Positions 11,833 to 23,244 of a stretch of DNA of 64,000 bases are shown here, one piece after another. The notes below the pieces were generated by a model. The model saw nothing but the letters and a program-made list of their open reading frames with translations, was not told the origin of the DNA and did not search any database. The DNA is from Hyaloraphidium curvatum SAG 235-1 (Eukaryota; Fungi; Monoblepharomycota). The number at the start of each line of letters is the position of its first letter. The stretch's first letter is position 1. Location: assembly GCA_025558095.1 (NCBI GenBank), contig JAIVFI010000023.1, positions 558,001 through 622,000 on the forward strand, given 5' to 3'. Both the position numbers and the translations under genes were made by a program.

Positions 11833-12601
11833 TATATCTTCTTCGCTGGCTTCCCCTTGTAGCCTGCGGGGAGCTTCCCGGGCTTGAAGGGGTGCCGGAA
11901 CGGGTGGTTGTCTGCAGACAGATAGTGTAAATGCGAACATGTGTTGGGCGAACCTGCAAAAGCCAACCTTTCGGGTAACCGCAGATACCGAGATCGGGGT
12001 AAAGGCCGTTCGTAGTCTCCTCGACACAGATGGCGTTGGGGTCAGAGGCGGCCGCCGAGTCTTCCGTCTCCATGGGGACGCCGACAAACTCCTCCGCTGC
12101 GGCCGCGTTGGACGTGTCCAGGGTTGCGCCACCGAGCGGCTGGAATCCCTCGGACGAATCGGCCCCAAGAACGCCCGCGGAGTCCGTAAGCGGTTCCGCC
12201 TCGGCGATGCTGCGGCCCCCGGCGATCGCGGGACCGAGACTGCCCTGAAGTGCAGCGACAAGCTCGGGCTTGGAAAACATCGCCTTGACCTCCTCGCCGA
12301 GCTGGTCGTACTTGGACTGCAGTTCGGCAAGCTGGGCCTTGAGCTTCTTGTTCTCGGCCGCCAGCGCGGCAGCATCGAGCTTCTCCTCCCGGGCTTCGGC
12401 CGCGGCCGCATCTGCGGCGTCGAGATCGTCGAGCGAGACCTTGGCGACAGTGGCAGTCTTGGACTCGGCGGTCTTGGTCTCGGCCTTGGGTTCGGCCTTA
12501 ATCTCCGACGTGGTCTCCGATGCGTCCTTGGTCTCCGCCTTCGTCTCCGAAGCCGCCTTGGAGGCCGACGTCGACGCAGAGCTCGACGTCTTCGAAGACA
12601 T
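11833..12601 (-). CDS. Hypothetical protein: Ser/Ala/Glu/Lys-rich N-terminus, coiled coil, C-terminal Cys/His motif
   Basis: MSSKTSSSASTSASKAASETKAE...AENKKLKAQLAELQSKYDQL. A probable intron (~11912-11967) gives ...ICGYPKDNHPFRHPFKPGKLPAGYKGKPAKKI*. Codon usage is GC3-biased like neighbouring genes. Confidence 0.65.
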
Positions 12602-13169
12602 CGTTGCTGTAGGTTCCAACCAAAGGAGCAGCAGACAAGGAAATGCAGCATACACAGGAAGCCCCAAGCAGAAGACGTGCCGACGAGTTCGATTCGAGGA
12701 TGGAGAGGGAATGGCGCGGGCGGTGGGTGAGGAGGAGCTCAGGGTGTCCCCCGCCGCGCGGATCCCACCTAAGCTGCTGTTTGCCGGCGCCGCGTGAGAG
12801 CAAAGACCCCAACGAGGAGCAGCGACTGCTGTTGCGAGCGGCTGGCGCCCGAGTGGCGGGAAGGGCGCTCCGCTGCAGTGGGGTCCGCTGAGGAGGAGTG
12901 CGGCGCCCTGACGATCGGACCCTGGACGACGCCCGCTGTGGACAGATTCCCGTGGCCGACAAAGCCGTTCCTGCGGTTTCGTCCCTCCTCATCGTTCGAT
13001 TCTTATCGCCCGACGAGGTTCGTTCAACGCGGCCGGCGCCTGGCCGCTCCGGAGTCCGGGGAGACACGCGTTGCTCACCGCCGTTCCGACGACGGACCTT
13101 TGGCTCGCCATCCCACCTCTCGCTTCTCGCCTGCTCCCGTACGTGAAACGCAGACTTCACTGAGTCGCC

Positions 13170-15393
13170 ATGGGGGACCCATACGGAGCGCCGGGCGAGC
13201 TGAACCGGGCCCTCATGGACGGGAGCCTCCCCATTCAGGGCCAGGGGGCCATTCCCGCCGACCAGGCGGCGGCGCAGCTCGGAGGCTTGAAGCAGGTCAA
13301 CCAGAGGGGTTTCGCTGAGGGGAGGGGCAAGAAGAAGGCGCTCTTCATTGGGGTAAGCTGCCTCCTCGCCCACGAGCGATTCTATGTCGTAACACGAGTT
13401 CACGCGAACCAGATCAACTACCCCGGCACTGAGGCCGAGCTCCGGGGCTGTATCAACGATGTTCGGGTATGGATCGACAACAAAGGGCCCCAGAGTGCCC
13501 GCCGGTAGCTGACTGGCGTCCCACAGAACATGTACAACTTCGTCAAGACGAACTACGGCTTCGCGCAGCAGGTTAGTCTTGAGCCGTGCTCAACGGAGCT
13601 GATCGATTGAGCTGATTGTGCGGCCGTTCCAGGACATGATGGTCCTCACGGACGACAACCCGAACCCGTCGGGCAGGCCCACGGCGCAGAACATCATCGG
13701 CGCCATAGGCTGGCTCGTGAGCGGCGCTGCTCCCGGCGACTCGCTGTTTATGCACTACTCGGGACACGGTGAGCAGAAACGGAGCGGAGACGATAAACGG
13801 TACCTGACATTTGGTGTGTGCAGGGGGCACTGCGCGCGGCCAGGGCGGCACGATGCAGACCATCATCCCCGAGGACTACAAGAGGGTCGGCCAGATCTCG
13901 GACATCCAGCTGCACAACTACCTGTGCAAGAAGATCCCCGCCGGCTGCCAGCTGACGGCCATCTTCGACTCTTGCCACTCGGGCTCCGTGCTCAACCTCC
14001 CGTGGTCCTTCGTCGCCGCAGGCAGCCGCGAAGCCGGCGGCACCAAGATCGTCGAGGTCAACGGCCAATCCGGCATCGGCGCCTCCATGCTCTCCATGAT
14101 GTCGCAGTGGGGCAACAACCCGCAGCAGCTCATGAACATGATGTTGCAGATGCAGTCGCAAGGCTACGCGGTCACGAGCGGTGGCCGCGACCTGGTCACG
14201 GCCAACGCCATCGCCGACGCCCAGGTTCCGAAGTACACGATCCAGGCCGGTGGGTTTCGCAGGATCAGCGCGACAGATCTAAGGCGGCTGACATGTTGAT
14301 TGCGACCCGAAGGCGACACGCTGTGGAACCTCGTTCAGGCTGGCAAGGCCCCTTCGGTCGACGTCCTCATGCAGGCGAACCCCGGCATCGTGCCCGAGAT
14401 GCTCATGCCTGGCCAAGTCATCAACCTCGCGGTGCCGCCCAAGCCCCGGGACGCGCCCTTGATGATGGCAGGCGGGATATCGACCTACACGATCCAGGCC
14501 GGCGACACGTACTGGAACTTGGTGCAGAAGGGTTCGTTCGTTGGTTGCAATGGTCGTTGCAGCTCGGGTCCTGACCCGTCGATCCACCAGGTCGCGCGCC
14601 TTCCGTTGAAGCTCTCCAGGCCGCAAACCCGGGCGTCAACCCCGAGCAGCTCCAGATCGGCCAGGTCATCAACGTGCCCGAGTCGGCCGCGGCTGGTGTC
14701 GGCGGGCTCCGCTCCCTCGACGGCGTCCCCTCGGTTCCCTACACCATCGTGCAGGGCGACACGTACTGGAACCTTGTCGAGCAGGGCAAGGCCACCAGCG
14801 TCGACGCGCTCAACAAGGTCAACCCGGGCATCAACCCCGAGAACCTGCAGATCGGCCAGATCATCAACCTTCCCGTCTCTGCCACCGACCGCAGTACGTC
14901 CACTGCGTCCTCCTTCCTCCTAGCATTGCGATTTGCTAACCCGTCTGACCAGGTTTCGGCTCCTTCCTCGCCGCCCTCTTTGGCGGCTCCGTCGCACCCC
15001 AGTTCGTCCCGCCTCAGAACCCGACCGTCCCCCCGCCGCAGGCCCCCCCGGCAGGCAGTGGAGGGCAGGCCATGACCGGCCTCCAGGTCGACATCACGCA
15101 GGGCACCTGCATCCAGCTTTCCGGCTGCCAGGACGACCAGACCTCGGCGGACGCGACCATCGGCGGCAAGCCGACCGGCGCGCTGTCCTGGGCCTTCCTC
15201 ACGGCCATGGCGCAGATGCAGCGGCCGACGTACGAGCAGCTGATCCTGAAGATCCGGCAGTTGCTCGCCGGCAAGTTCACCCAGATTCCCCGTAAGTGGT
15301 GCCCGCGGACGGTGCCGCTGCCGTTGCTGACTCCAGATGGCAGAGCTGTCGACCGGGTATCAGATGGATCTCAAGGCGCCGTTCTCTCTCTAA
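13170..15393 (+). CDS. Metacaspase (peptidase C14) with three LysM domains inserted between p20 and p10
   Basis: Spliced: KKALFIG/INYPGTEAELRGCINDVR, catalytic HYSGHG (His codon 13765) and IFDSCHSG (Cys codon 13973). Three repeats of YTIxxGDTxWNL...ANPGIxPExLxxGQVIN(L/V) at ~14234-14875. p10 region: SGCQDDQTSADATIGGKPTGALSWAF...FTQIPQLSTGYQMDLKAPFSL*. Introns include 13353-13412, 13467-13526, 13572-13632 and 13769-13823. Confidence 0.93.
14234..14875 (+). repeat. Three tandem LysM domain-coding repeats
   Basis: YTIQAGDTLWNLVQAGKAPSVDVLMQANPGIVPEMLMPGQVINL; YTIQAGDTYWNLVQKGRAPSVEALQAANPGVNPEQLQIGQVINVP; YTIVQGDTYWNLVEQGKATSVDALNKVNPGINPENLQIGQIINLP. Confidence 0.9.
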
Positions 15394-15428
15394 GGTTGTG
15401 TATTGCTGCGAAAAAGATAACTATCGAT

Positions 15429-16382
15429 CTAGAGGCGCGACTTGCCGTTCCAGGACTTGTATCCCGGTCCCGGGCGGCTGCCCTGCTTCGCGTCGAACGT
15501 GCCGGCCTCCACGTCGGCGATGAAGCGGACCGTCTCGCGCACGCACTCGGCTGGCTTCTCGTAGATAAGCCAATGCCCGCAGTCGTCCAAGTCCACGAGG
15601 CGGATCCGGTCCGGATGCCTGCGGTAAAGCCACCATCCGTTCTCGACGCGCGCGATGCGGTCGTCCCGGCCTTGAAGCAGCAGGATAGGGGCGTTCCCGC
15701 CCGCCAAGTAGTCCTCTTTCGGCGTGACGAAGGTGGCCTTGCTCTGCGCCCGGAGAACGCGAAAGTCGGCCTCACGCTGGAGCTTCTCGTCCGGGGTGAG
15801 CTCCGACTCGGGCTTCGGCCTGCGGACGAGCGAGGCCACAAGGGCATCATCTGTCTTGTCCGAAGCCAGGATGAACTTGGTGAGGATGACCCGTTCCGCG
15901 AACGGCATGCTGCGCTCCTTGTTGAGCCGTCGCTGCGCGGCGTCGACCTCCTTGGACGCCGGGAACAGGCCTCCCGAGGCGTACATCACGAGGCCCTTGA
16001 CCAGATCGGGCCGGTCCGCCGCGACGCAGCGTGCCGTGCGATGACCATAGGCCCAGCCACCGAGAAAGACCTTCCGGCCCTTCCACAGGTGCTCGATGAG
16101 CATGACAACGTCCTGGGCCAGGAAATGCATGTCGACTTTCGGAGGAAACGCCGCGTCTCGGGTTCCCCCTTCCATGCAGCGGGGCGAGGCGACGATTATT
16201 CGGAGATCGGGCCGGGCTGCGAGCAGCTGGGCGGGGAACTTGTGCATTGTGCCGGCTCCCGAGCCCATGCCAGGCAGGAGGACGAACGGGATTCCGTTCT
16301 CGGGCCCCAGGGCACGGTACGAGAGCACGAGGCCCGGGGCGACCTCGGCCAGCGACGGCGGAACCGAAGAAATGTCCTGCAT
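15429..16382 (-). CDS. Alpha/beta-hydrolase fold protein with Ala at the nucleophile position (GWAYG)
   Basis: FVLLPGMGSG, DMHFLAQDVV, FLGGWAYGHRTAR, PDLVKGLV, PILLLQGRDD, DCGHWLIYEKP. No introns are needed. Confidence 0.85.
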   Translation of the reverse strand: MQDISSVPPSLAEVAPGLVLSYRALGPENGIPFVLLPGMGSGAGTMHKFPAQLLAARPDLRIIVASPRCMEGGTRDAAFPPKVDMHFLAQDVVMLIEHLWKGRKVFLGGWAYGHRTARCVAADRPDLVKGLVMYASGGLFPASKEVDAAQRRLNKERSMPFAERVILTKFILASDKTDDALVASLVRRPKPESELTPDEKLQREADFRVLRAQSKATFVTPKEDYLAGGNAPILLLQGRDDRIARVENGWWLYRRHPDRIRLVDLDDCGHWLIYEKPAECVRETVRFIADVEAGTFDAKQGSRPGPGYKSWNGKSRL

Positions 16383-16495
16383 GGCTACACTATCTGAAGC
16401 GGTAGAGGCACGAAACGCCGCCTGCGTCAACGCGGGCACCGTCAGTCACCGTGCGGATTGACCGCCACCCCATCGACGCGAGCCCGCCCCGCACC

Positions 16496-17184
16496 ATGTC
16501 GACGCAGCCGGCCGTCCCGTCGGCGGTGCCGCCCCCGGCGCCCATGTACTTCACCCGTGCGTGCGCCCGTCGCGCCGCCCGCCCGCTCTGACCGCCCCGC
16601 AGAGCAAAAGGACACGTTCAGGTTCCTGAAGGGCAACGTGCGGGGATACAAAATCAAGAACTGGTCGGTAGAGCAGTCTTGGCGGACGCGGAGACGATGG
16701 GAGGGCTGCGCAGAGGCGATGGGGCGCGGGGCGGAGGGCCGCCCGGGCTCGGCACCGTGCTCACGGCGCCGCGCACACCACGGGCGCGGAAGCTGCCCAC
16801 GGGCTCTGGGGCTTGCTTTGCTGCACTCGATGGAGCTGATGGGGCGCAGTGGAGGCACATCTGGGACATCGGACGGCTGCGGGACCGCGTGGCGCTGGCG
16901 GCCGTGCATCGGCCGTACACCCCTACGGAGCAGCAAATCTGACCCGGAACCGCCCATTTACCACCGCAGGGCACCGTCTCTTATCGGCTGGGCCGGAGTT
17001 GTGGGCTTTGCGGCGCTGTGGATCCTCGAGGCGACCCCCATCGCCCGACGGGACGTCTTTTCGGTACGGTGGCGCCCACTGGCGGAAGGAATGCGGTCGC
17101 TGACGCAGGCATGTTCCGCAGCAACTCCCGATCATCGGCGGCTACTGGCAAAAGAAGCTGGAGGACGCGGAGAAGAAGGACTGA
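16496..17184 (+). CDS. QCR10: Cytochrome b-c1 complex subunit 10
   Basis: Four exons splice to MSTQPAVPSAVPPPAPMYFTQQKDTFRFLKGNVRGYKIKNWAPSLIGWAGVVGFAALWILEATPIARRDVFSQLPIIGGYWQKKLEDAEKKD*, matching the Qcr10 pattern W-x-P-x-L-x-x-W...P-x-x-R-R-D-V...P-I-I-G-x-Y-W. Confidence 0.85.
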
Positions 17185-17382
17185 GCAGGCACTCGCTTCG
17201 CAGCGCGATCGGGCCGGTGCGCGAGCGCAATCCTGTCCGGCTTTGCTGGGAATAGACTCTTCGCCATGAAACTCGCTGGGTTCCGATCGTCATATTCTTC
17301 GCAGAGGGTCCGGCGGCGAAGCAACGGAGCGGGAGCCGATCCGTCGATCCAGCTCCGCCCGAATAATCAATCTCCGGCAACC

Positions 17383-19258
17383 ATGGCCCTCCCGTCGCGA
17401 TGCGCGCTCCTGCGCCCCGCCCTCGCGCGTTCCTTCTCCTCCACGCCCCGCCGCGCGCAGGCCGTCTCCACGCGCGCGGACCTGGCCACCGAGGCCGCTG
17501 TTGCGGACTACCTCGTCAACTCGATCGCGAAAGGCGTAGGACGGTCAACGAAAATCGTTGCCGAGCGCGGCGAGGGCGTATGGATTTACAGCATGGAGGG
17601 GAAGAAGTACCTGGATTCGACGACCGGAATCGGGGTTACGAGCACCGGTGGGCGCGGGGAAGGTCGGGCGTGGAAGACGGGGAGTGCGAACAACGTTCCC
17701 GCGTCCAGGGCACTCCCACCCGACGGTCGTGAAGGCGGTGCAGGATCAGGCGGCCAAGATCCCCCACGTGCAGGTGCTTGTCGGGCCTGTCCTTGCTTCT
17801 GTCGGCCGGCGGAGATTCTGACGGCGACCGACCTCTCTTCTCCCCACCTTCGGCCTTTTGCCGCCATTCTTGCTACGTAATAACAGCAAAATATCATGTT
17901 CCACCGGCCCATGTCGGAACTGGTGGCGCGCATGAAGCAGATCATGCCTGACCCCTCGCTGGACACCTTCTTCTTCTGGAACTCGGGAGCTGAGGCCGTC
18001 GAGGCCTCGATCAAGCTCGCTCGCCACGCGACCGGCAAGCCGAACGTGATCGTCGTCAACGGATCTTGTGGGTTGCCTTGAATCGGCGCCTCTCCGTCCC
18101 CTGACCATGTCGTTACTCTCTGGTTTACGCACCCTTTGATCACGTCCGTCAGACCACGGCCGCACGATGGGCACCATGGCAATGACCACCTCCAAGACCA
18201 TTTACCGCACCGGCTTCGGCCCGCTGATGCCCGGCGTCTTCGTAGCCCCTTTTCCGTATGTTGACCACTGCTCCAAGACGTGTGACTGCGCCGGCGAGAA
18301 GCGCGGCGTACCCGGCGTCAAACCCCCCGCCGCGGGCCTGAAGTGCACCAAAGATGCCATCGCCGCGCTCGAGACCCTCCTCAAGACGCAGTCGGCGCCC
18401 GAGGAGACGTGCGCTGTCATTCTCGAGCCCGTTCTGGGCGAGGGCGGCTACGTGGTGCCGCCGGCGGACTACCTGGCCAAGCTTAAAGAGGTCTGCGCCA
18501 AGAACAACATCCTCCTGATCGCGGACGAGGTGCAGACGGGCGTCGGGAGGACGGGGAAGATGTGGGCCGTGGAGCACTTTGGCGTGGTGCCGGACATCAT
18601 GATCTTCGCCAAGGGGATCGCGAGCGGGTACCCGCTGAGCGGGATCGTGAGCCGGAAGGAGCTGATGGACAAGCAGCCCCCTGGGTCGATGGTGCGTCCT
18701 GAGAAAGCAGGGTTGAACTCAATCTAACGTCTGCGCTATTAAGGGAGGCACCTACGGAGGCAACGCCGGTAGGTTGATCTCTTTCGGCAACGGGCCTTGC
18801 ACTCTAGCTGTTTGTTGTTCCTTTCAGTGGCATGCGCCGCCGCCGTCGCCACCCTCGACGTGTTCGCCAAGGAGAAGCTGCTCGAGAACGCCGCGGCCCG
18901 CTCCAAGCAGGCCTTTTCGCTGCTGCAGTCCAACCTGCCGCAGATCTGCACGGCCAAGGGGATCGAGGTCAACGTTCGCGGCCTGGGGCTCATGATCGGC
19001 ATCGAGTTCTCGGGGGAGAAAGTCAAGAAAGGTTTCGCGAACGCAATCTCTGAGGCGGCCATGAAGAGGTACGATCGCTAGCTCCGAGGTGCCGGCATTG
19101 GATTTGAGCGCTTCCACAGGCAGGAGATGTTCGTCCTCACGACCTCCATCTACGAAACGCTCCGGCTGATCCCGCCGATCAACGTGACCGAGGGCGAGAT
19201 GGCCGAGATCGCGAAGCGGCTGTTTGCCGCCGTCGAAGAGGTCGTCAAGGATCTGTAG
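17383..19258 (+). CDS. Class III PLP aminotransferase (4-aminobutyrate/acetylornithine type), likely mitochondrial
   Basis: Arg/Ser-rich presequence MALPSRCALLRPALARSFSSTPRR, then GKKYLD, NSGAEAVEASIKLA, HGRTMG, ILEPVLGEGGY, LLIADEVQTGVGRTG, PDIMIFAKGIASG, GGTYGGN, VRGLGLMIGIE, LRLIPP. Confidence 0.92.
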
Positions 19259-19378
19259 GCTGGGCCAGGGAACTTGTAGCTGAGCGAGTGATCATGCCTT
19301 GTGCGGTGCGCAGCACCATGCATGAGGCAGGTGTGCCAAAGAGTCGTTGATGACCGAGTCGTCAACAACCAAGCAGCA

Positions 19379-22300
19379 ATGTTCGCCCGAGCTTCCCGCG
19401 CGTTACGCGGGCGCGGCGGAGCCGCTCCTAGCGCAACGGACATCTTCTATAGCGCAAGACGTGCCCGGGTGCCTTTTGCAGTCTTGGATGGGGCTGCGAG
19501 CTCGTCGCTGCACTCCAACGCCCGGTTGGGCCAAGCTGCCCCGCAGGCCCGCCCGGAGCCGGATGACGACCGGAACGCGAAATTGGGATTCGACGACTTT
19601 GTGGGGAGCTATGATGGCGTTTCTTCCCGGCGGAAAGGGCGGAGAAACCCGTCGCGGGACGCGGAAGATGTTCTGGTGGCAGACCGCGTCGCCCCACCGC
19701 TGGACAGGGACAACGGCGGCGATCAAGAACTAGTCGATCCTGCCACATTGGAGCAACCGACGTTCCTCACGCGCTCGCAGCAGCGAAAGCAGAACTTGGG
19801 CGCGAGACAAGGCCCCACGGCTCGGCGCGCACATTTGCCGTCTTCGGTCGATCTTCCTGGATCTTTTGGCGCGGCACCAGGCTCTGGGATGCCTGCTAGA
19901 TCTTCTGGACCAGAGATTGTTGCGGAACCTTCGCCGGACCTTTCTGATTCCCTGCCTCGGCGGCGTCGATCGATCGACAGCGCCCGAGAGCCTGCAGCGA
20001 CGTCTACCACGGTTTCATTTCCCGGCCAATCGCCGATGACAGCGGCGCGGCGCAATGGAGGGCCATCTAAAGAGGCCGACCCGTTGAATTGGCTGATTCG
20101 GGAGACGTCCGCCTTGAACCGTGCCGGCGCCGGACGGGGAGCGCTCGCAAAGATGCCGTCCTCTCGGAAAGCGGAGGAGCTATGGGACGCTTATGCGCAC
20201 GTCAGAGTCAACGAAGGACTCCTTCGCAACCTCCCGGTGACGACTTTTGGATCGCTCTGCCGCGCATTGAGGCCGCCCCACCGCGTTATGGGGGAGAGCA
20301 AGTCGAAGGATCTCATAACCGACCCAGGCACCAGAGCCGCCCTCATCGAGGACCTAGAACGGATCAAAACCATCGTTCGGGACATGAAGTTTATCGGTCT
20401 TCTTCCAGATAGCACCATTCATGCCGTCTTCGTGCTGGCGACGAAAGACACGATTACGTCAGTGCCCTTTCTTCGTCTGTGCCGTGTCGGTGGCTGACTC
20501 GAATCATCGCAGAACATTCAAGGGCGCCGTCGAACATCTGGAGTTCTGCAGAGAGCACGGAATCCATGTCACGCACAGTCTCGCGGCGGTTGTCCTGAGG
20601 GACCTTGGCAGATACGGCAACTACACGGCTTACCTACGCCTCTTCGATTTGATTCAGCGGGAACCATTTCGTTTGGAGCCCAGCGGCCCGCTTTGGAGCA
20701 CGATGCTGGTCGCGATCATTTACGCCCGCGTGGAGCGCAGCGAGCCGGATCTGGGCTACCACGTTGGCCCAAACGTGCTGGCCGACTTGAAGCTCCCCAG
20801 TGTCTTCACCCGCTACCGAGGGACGTCGCGCAAAGCCGACACGTGGGCACTTGGATCCATGGAGTATGCAATGCTGCCGAACCAGAAGTCGGCGGGGATC
20901 GAGCCCTCGCCGATCGATTCCGATGCCGCCGACTTGCAGCACATCTTTGCCGAAGATGCTTTCCCCAAGGATCTGTGCTCCGCGGACATGCCTGCGGGCT
21001 CAATTACGCCGATTCGGAAGGTTCTCGCGGCCTTCCAGCGCGCTTGGTCGGCCGGCGAATGGGAAACAGTTGAAGGGGCAGCCAAGCTCACCCCCGTCAG
21101 CGTGTTCAACCTTGCCATGTTTGCTTGCTCGGTCATGGGCAGACCGGCTTTGGCTATTGAGTTCCTCAGGCTGATGAAGTCGGAACCGTATAACGTTGCC
21201 CCGGATATGTTTACGTACACGGCCTTGCTGCACCAGTGCGTGCTGGCCGTGAAGCACAACCGCTCTGCGCCGATATCGCCCAACCTGGCCTCTGCCCTGG
21301 GCTCGCCGCCCAGCCTCGAGGCTGCGGCTGTTCAACGCCGGAACGCTGTTCTCTCAGCCGAGTCCATTTGGGAGGATATGGTTTCCCGGAACCTCAAGCC
21401 GAACGTGGTGGCGTTTTCGACAATGATCAATCTGTACTGCGAGAACGATGAGGTGAGCCGATGTCTTCAGGTGAGGCTGGCAGCTGGCCCTGATCGCGTG
21501 TTCGACCATCCCAGCCCGAGAAAGCTCTCCACCTTTTGCGCTTGATGAAGGCGGTTGGGGAGCCGCCAAACGTCGTGACCTATGGCATCCTCATCAACTA
21601 TCTGCTTGAGCAAGATGATACGCCCGGTGCTCTGGCCGTGTTCCGGCAGATGAAGGACCAGGGTGTGCGGCCCAGCGTCGTCATCTACACGAGCCTCATT
21701 AGCCACTTCCGGAGCAAAGGGAACCTGCAGGGTATGGAGGAGGTCTGGAACCAGCTCACGGACCCTGCGAGCCCGGTCAAGCCCAACATCTTCACGGTGT
21801 GCGCAATGGCCGCGGAGTACGGATCAAAAGCGCTCCCGCGCAAGATGCTGGGCGTCCTGGACAAGGTTGCTCGGTCCGAGCTAGCCACGGACTCGGCAAT
21901 TTGGAACGCCGTCATGGATGGACTTGGTCGGACCGTGCAGCTGACGCGCTACTACTACCTTAACGAGCGGAATGGGCCACAGGACGACGGGGAGCACGGA
22001 GCTCCTCATGACTTCGCCTCGCAGGAAGAACTGAAGCGCAACGCAAAGTCATTCTACGCCATGGCGATGGAGATGTGGAAATCGCGCTGCCAACGGAGGG
22101 CGTTTGATTCTGCCGTGGTCCCCGAGGATTTGAGGGACAGCTTCCCATTCGGCGGCCTTCTTGGGCCGCCGATCGACATGTCGACGATATGCTCTGTTTT
22201 CGACATGGTGGGCTACTCTGGTACCCGTCGTGAGCTCGACGACGCCTGGAACGATGCCATGGATGTGCTCTCGAATGCCTATGCTCCCTCGGGAGCACCT

Positions 22301-23047
22301 TTGCCGCGGCACGAGGCTGTCGTTGATAATGTTCACGCTGCCTACGTTGAAGCGCTGTGCCGGCTTGGATGCTTTGCCGATGCCCGACACTTTGTGCTGG
22401 ACGGCTTGCGCCACCGTGGCGACGTGCATGCTGGTAGGCGAGCGCAGCAAGCTGGGCTGCGCGTAGCCACTACGCTGCTTGCAATGTGGTCGTCCGCTAG
22501 CCCGCGGCGGGATATCAACCCCCCCCGCGAGCAGCAACGGGATTGCTCGCTGGTCGAGCTCCGCGAGCTAGTGACGGCTCGCTTCGGGCGCTCTTTCATG
22601 GCAGAAGTGGACAGGCTCATCACGGAGCTCCAGATCGTCGGACCCAAGGGGGCCATCGACCGGATCCGTCCCGCTTTCGGTTTCTCGCTGCAGCATGCGT
22701 CGGCCGTGCTCAAGATCGAGCAGAAGCAAGACGATCCCTGGATGCAAAAGGTGCATATGACGGCACCGGTGGACAAGCTGCAACCGCCCAGCGAGCAAGA
22801 ACTCCAAGCGGCCGCCGCCCAAATGCTGCACACCCGCGGCCGCCGAGCTCGCAAGGACAAGCCGACGGTCGATCCTGGCTTCACGGGGGTCCTATCCCAA
22901 ATCGAGCAGGAAGCACAGGCGACCGGAGGGAAGGGGATGTTGTCCCCGGTGATCGAGGTCGACGGTCTTGTGACGGAGGCCGATCTCCGACGTATCCGTC
23001 GCCGAAATCCTTCAGAGCACATCGAGGCGGAGATACAGCGGTTGTAG
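19379..23047 (+). CDS. Pentatricopeptide repeat (PPR) protein, likely mitochondrial
   Basis: PPR motifs PDMFTYTALL, PNVVAFSTMINLY, PNVVTYGILINY, PSVVIYTSLISHF, PNIFTV. Arg-rich N-terminus. Short introns join ORFs 19301, 20421 and 21536. Confidence 0.88.
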
Positions 23048-23244
23048 TCCAATATAGCTGACCGTCGTGATTGCGCGAAAACTGGCGTGTTGGGTCCACC
23101 TGGCCGGATCCCTGCCCGCCGCCCGCCACTCTTATCTCCTACTACATCGCCCCCCTCCCTCCCCACGCGATGGAGTGCGATTTGCCGCCCGGATTCGGCC
23201 AGAATCGGCTACCGTGACGTGCGATTTCCCACCCGGACTTGGCC

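Noticed and set aside
10781-19258. PuuD plus class III aminotransferase as a putrescine/GABA catabolic cluster
   Set aside because: They are separated by four unrelated genes, and the aminotransferase is intron-rich with a mitochondrial presequence. Nothing supports co-acquisition.
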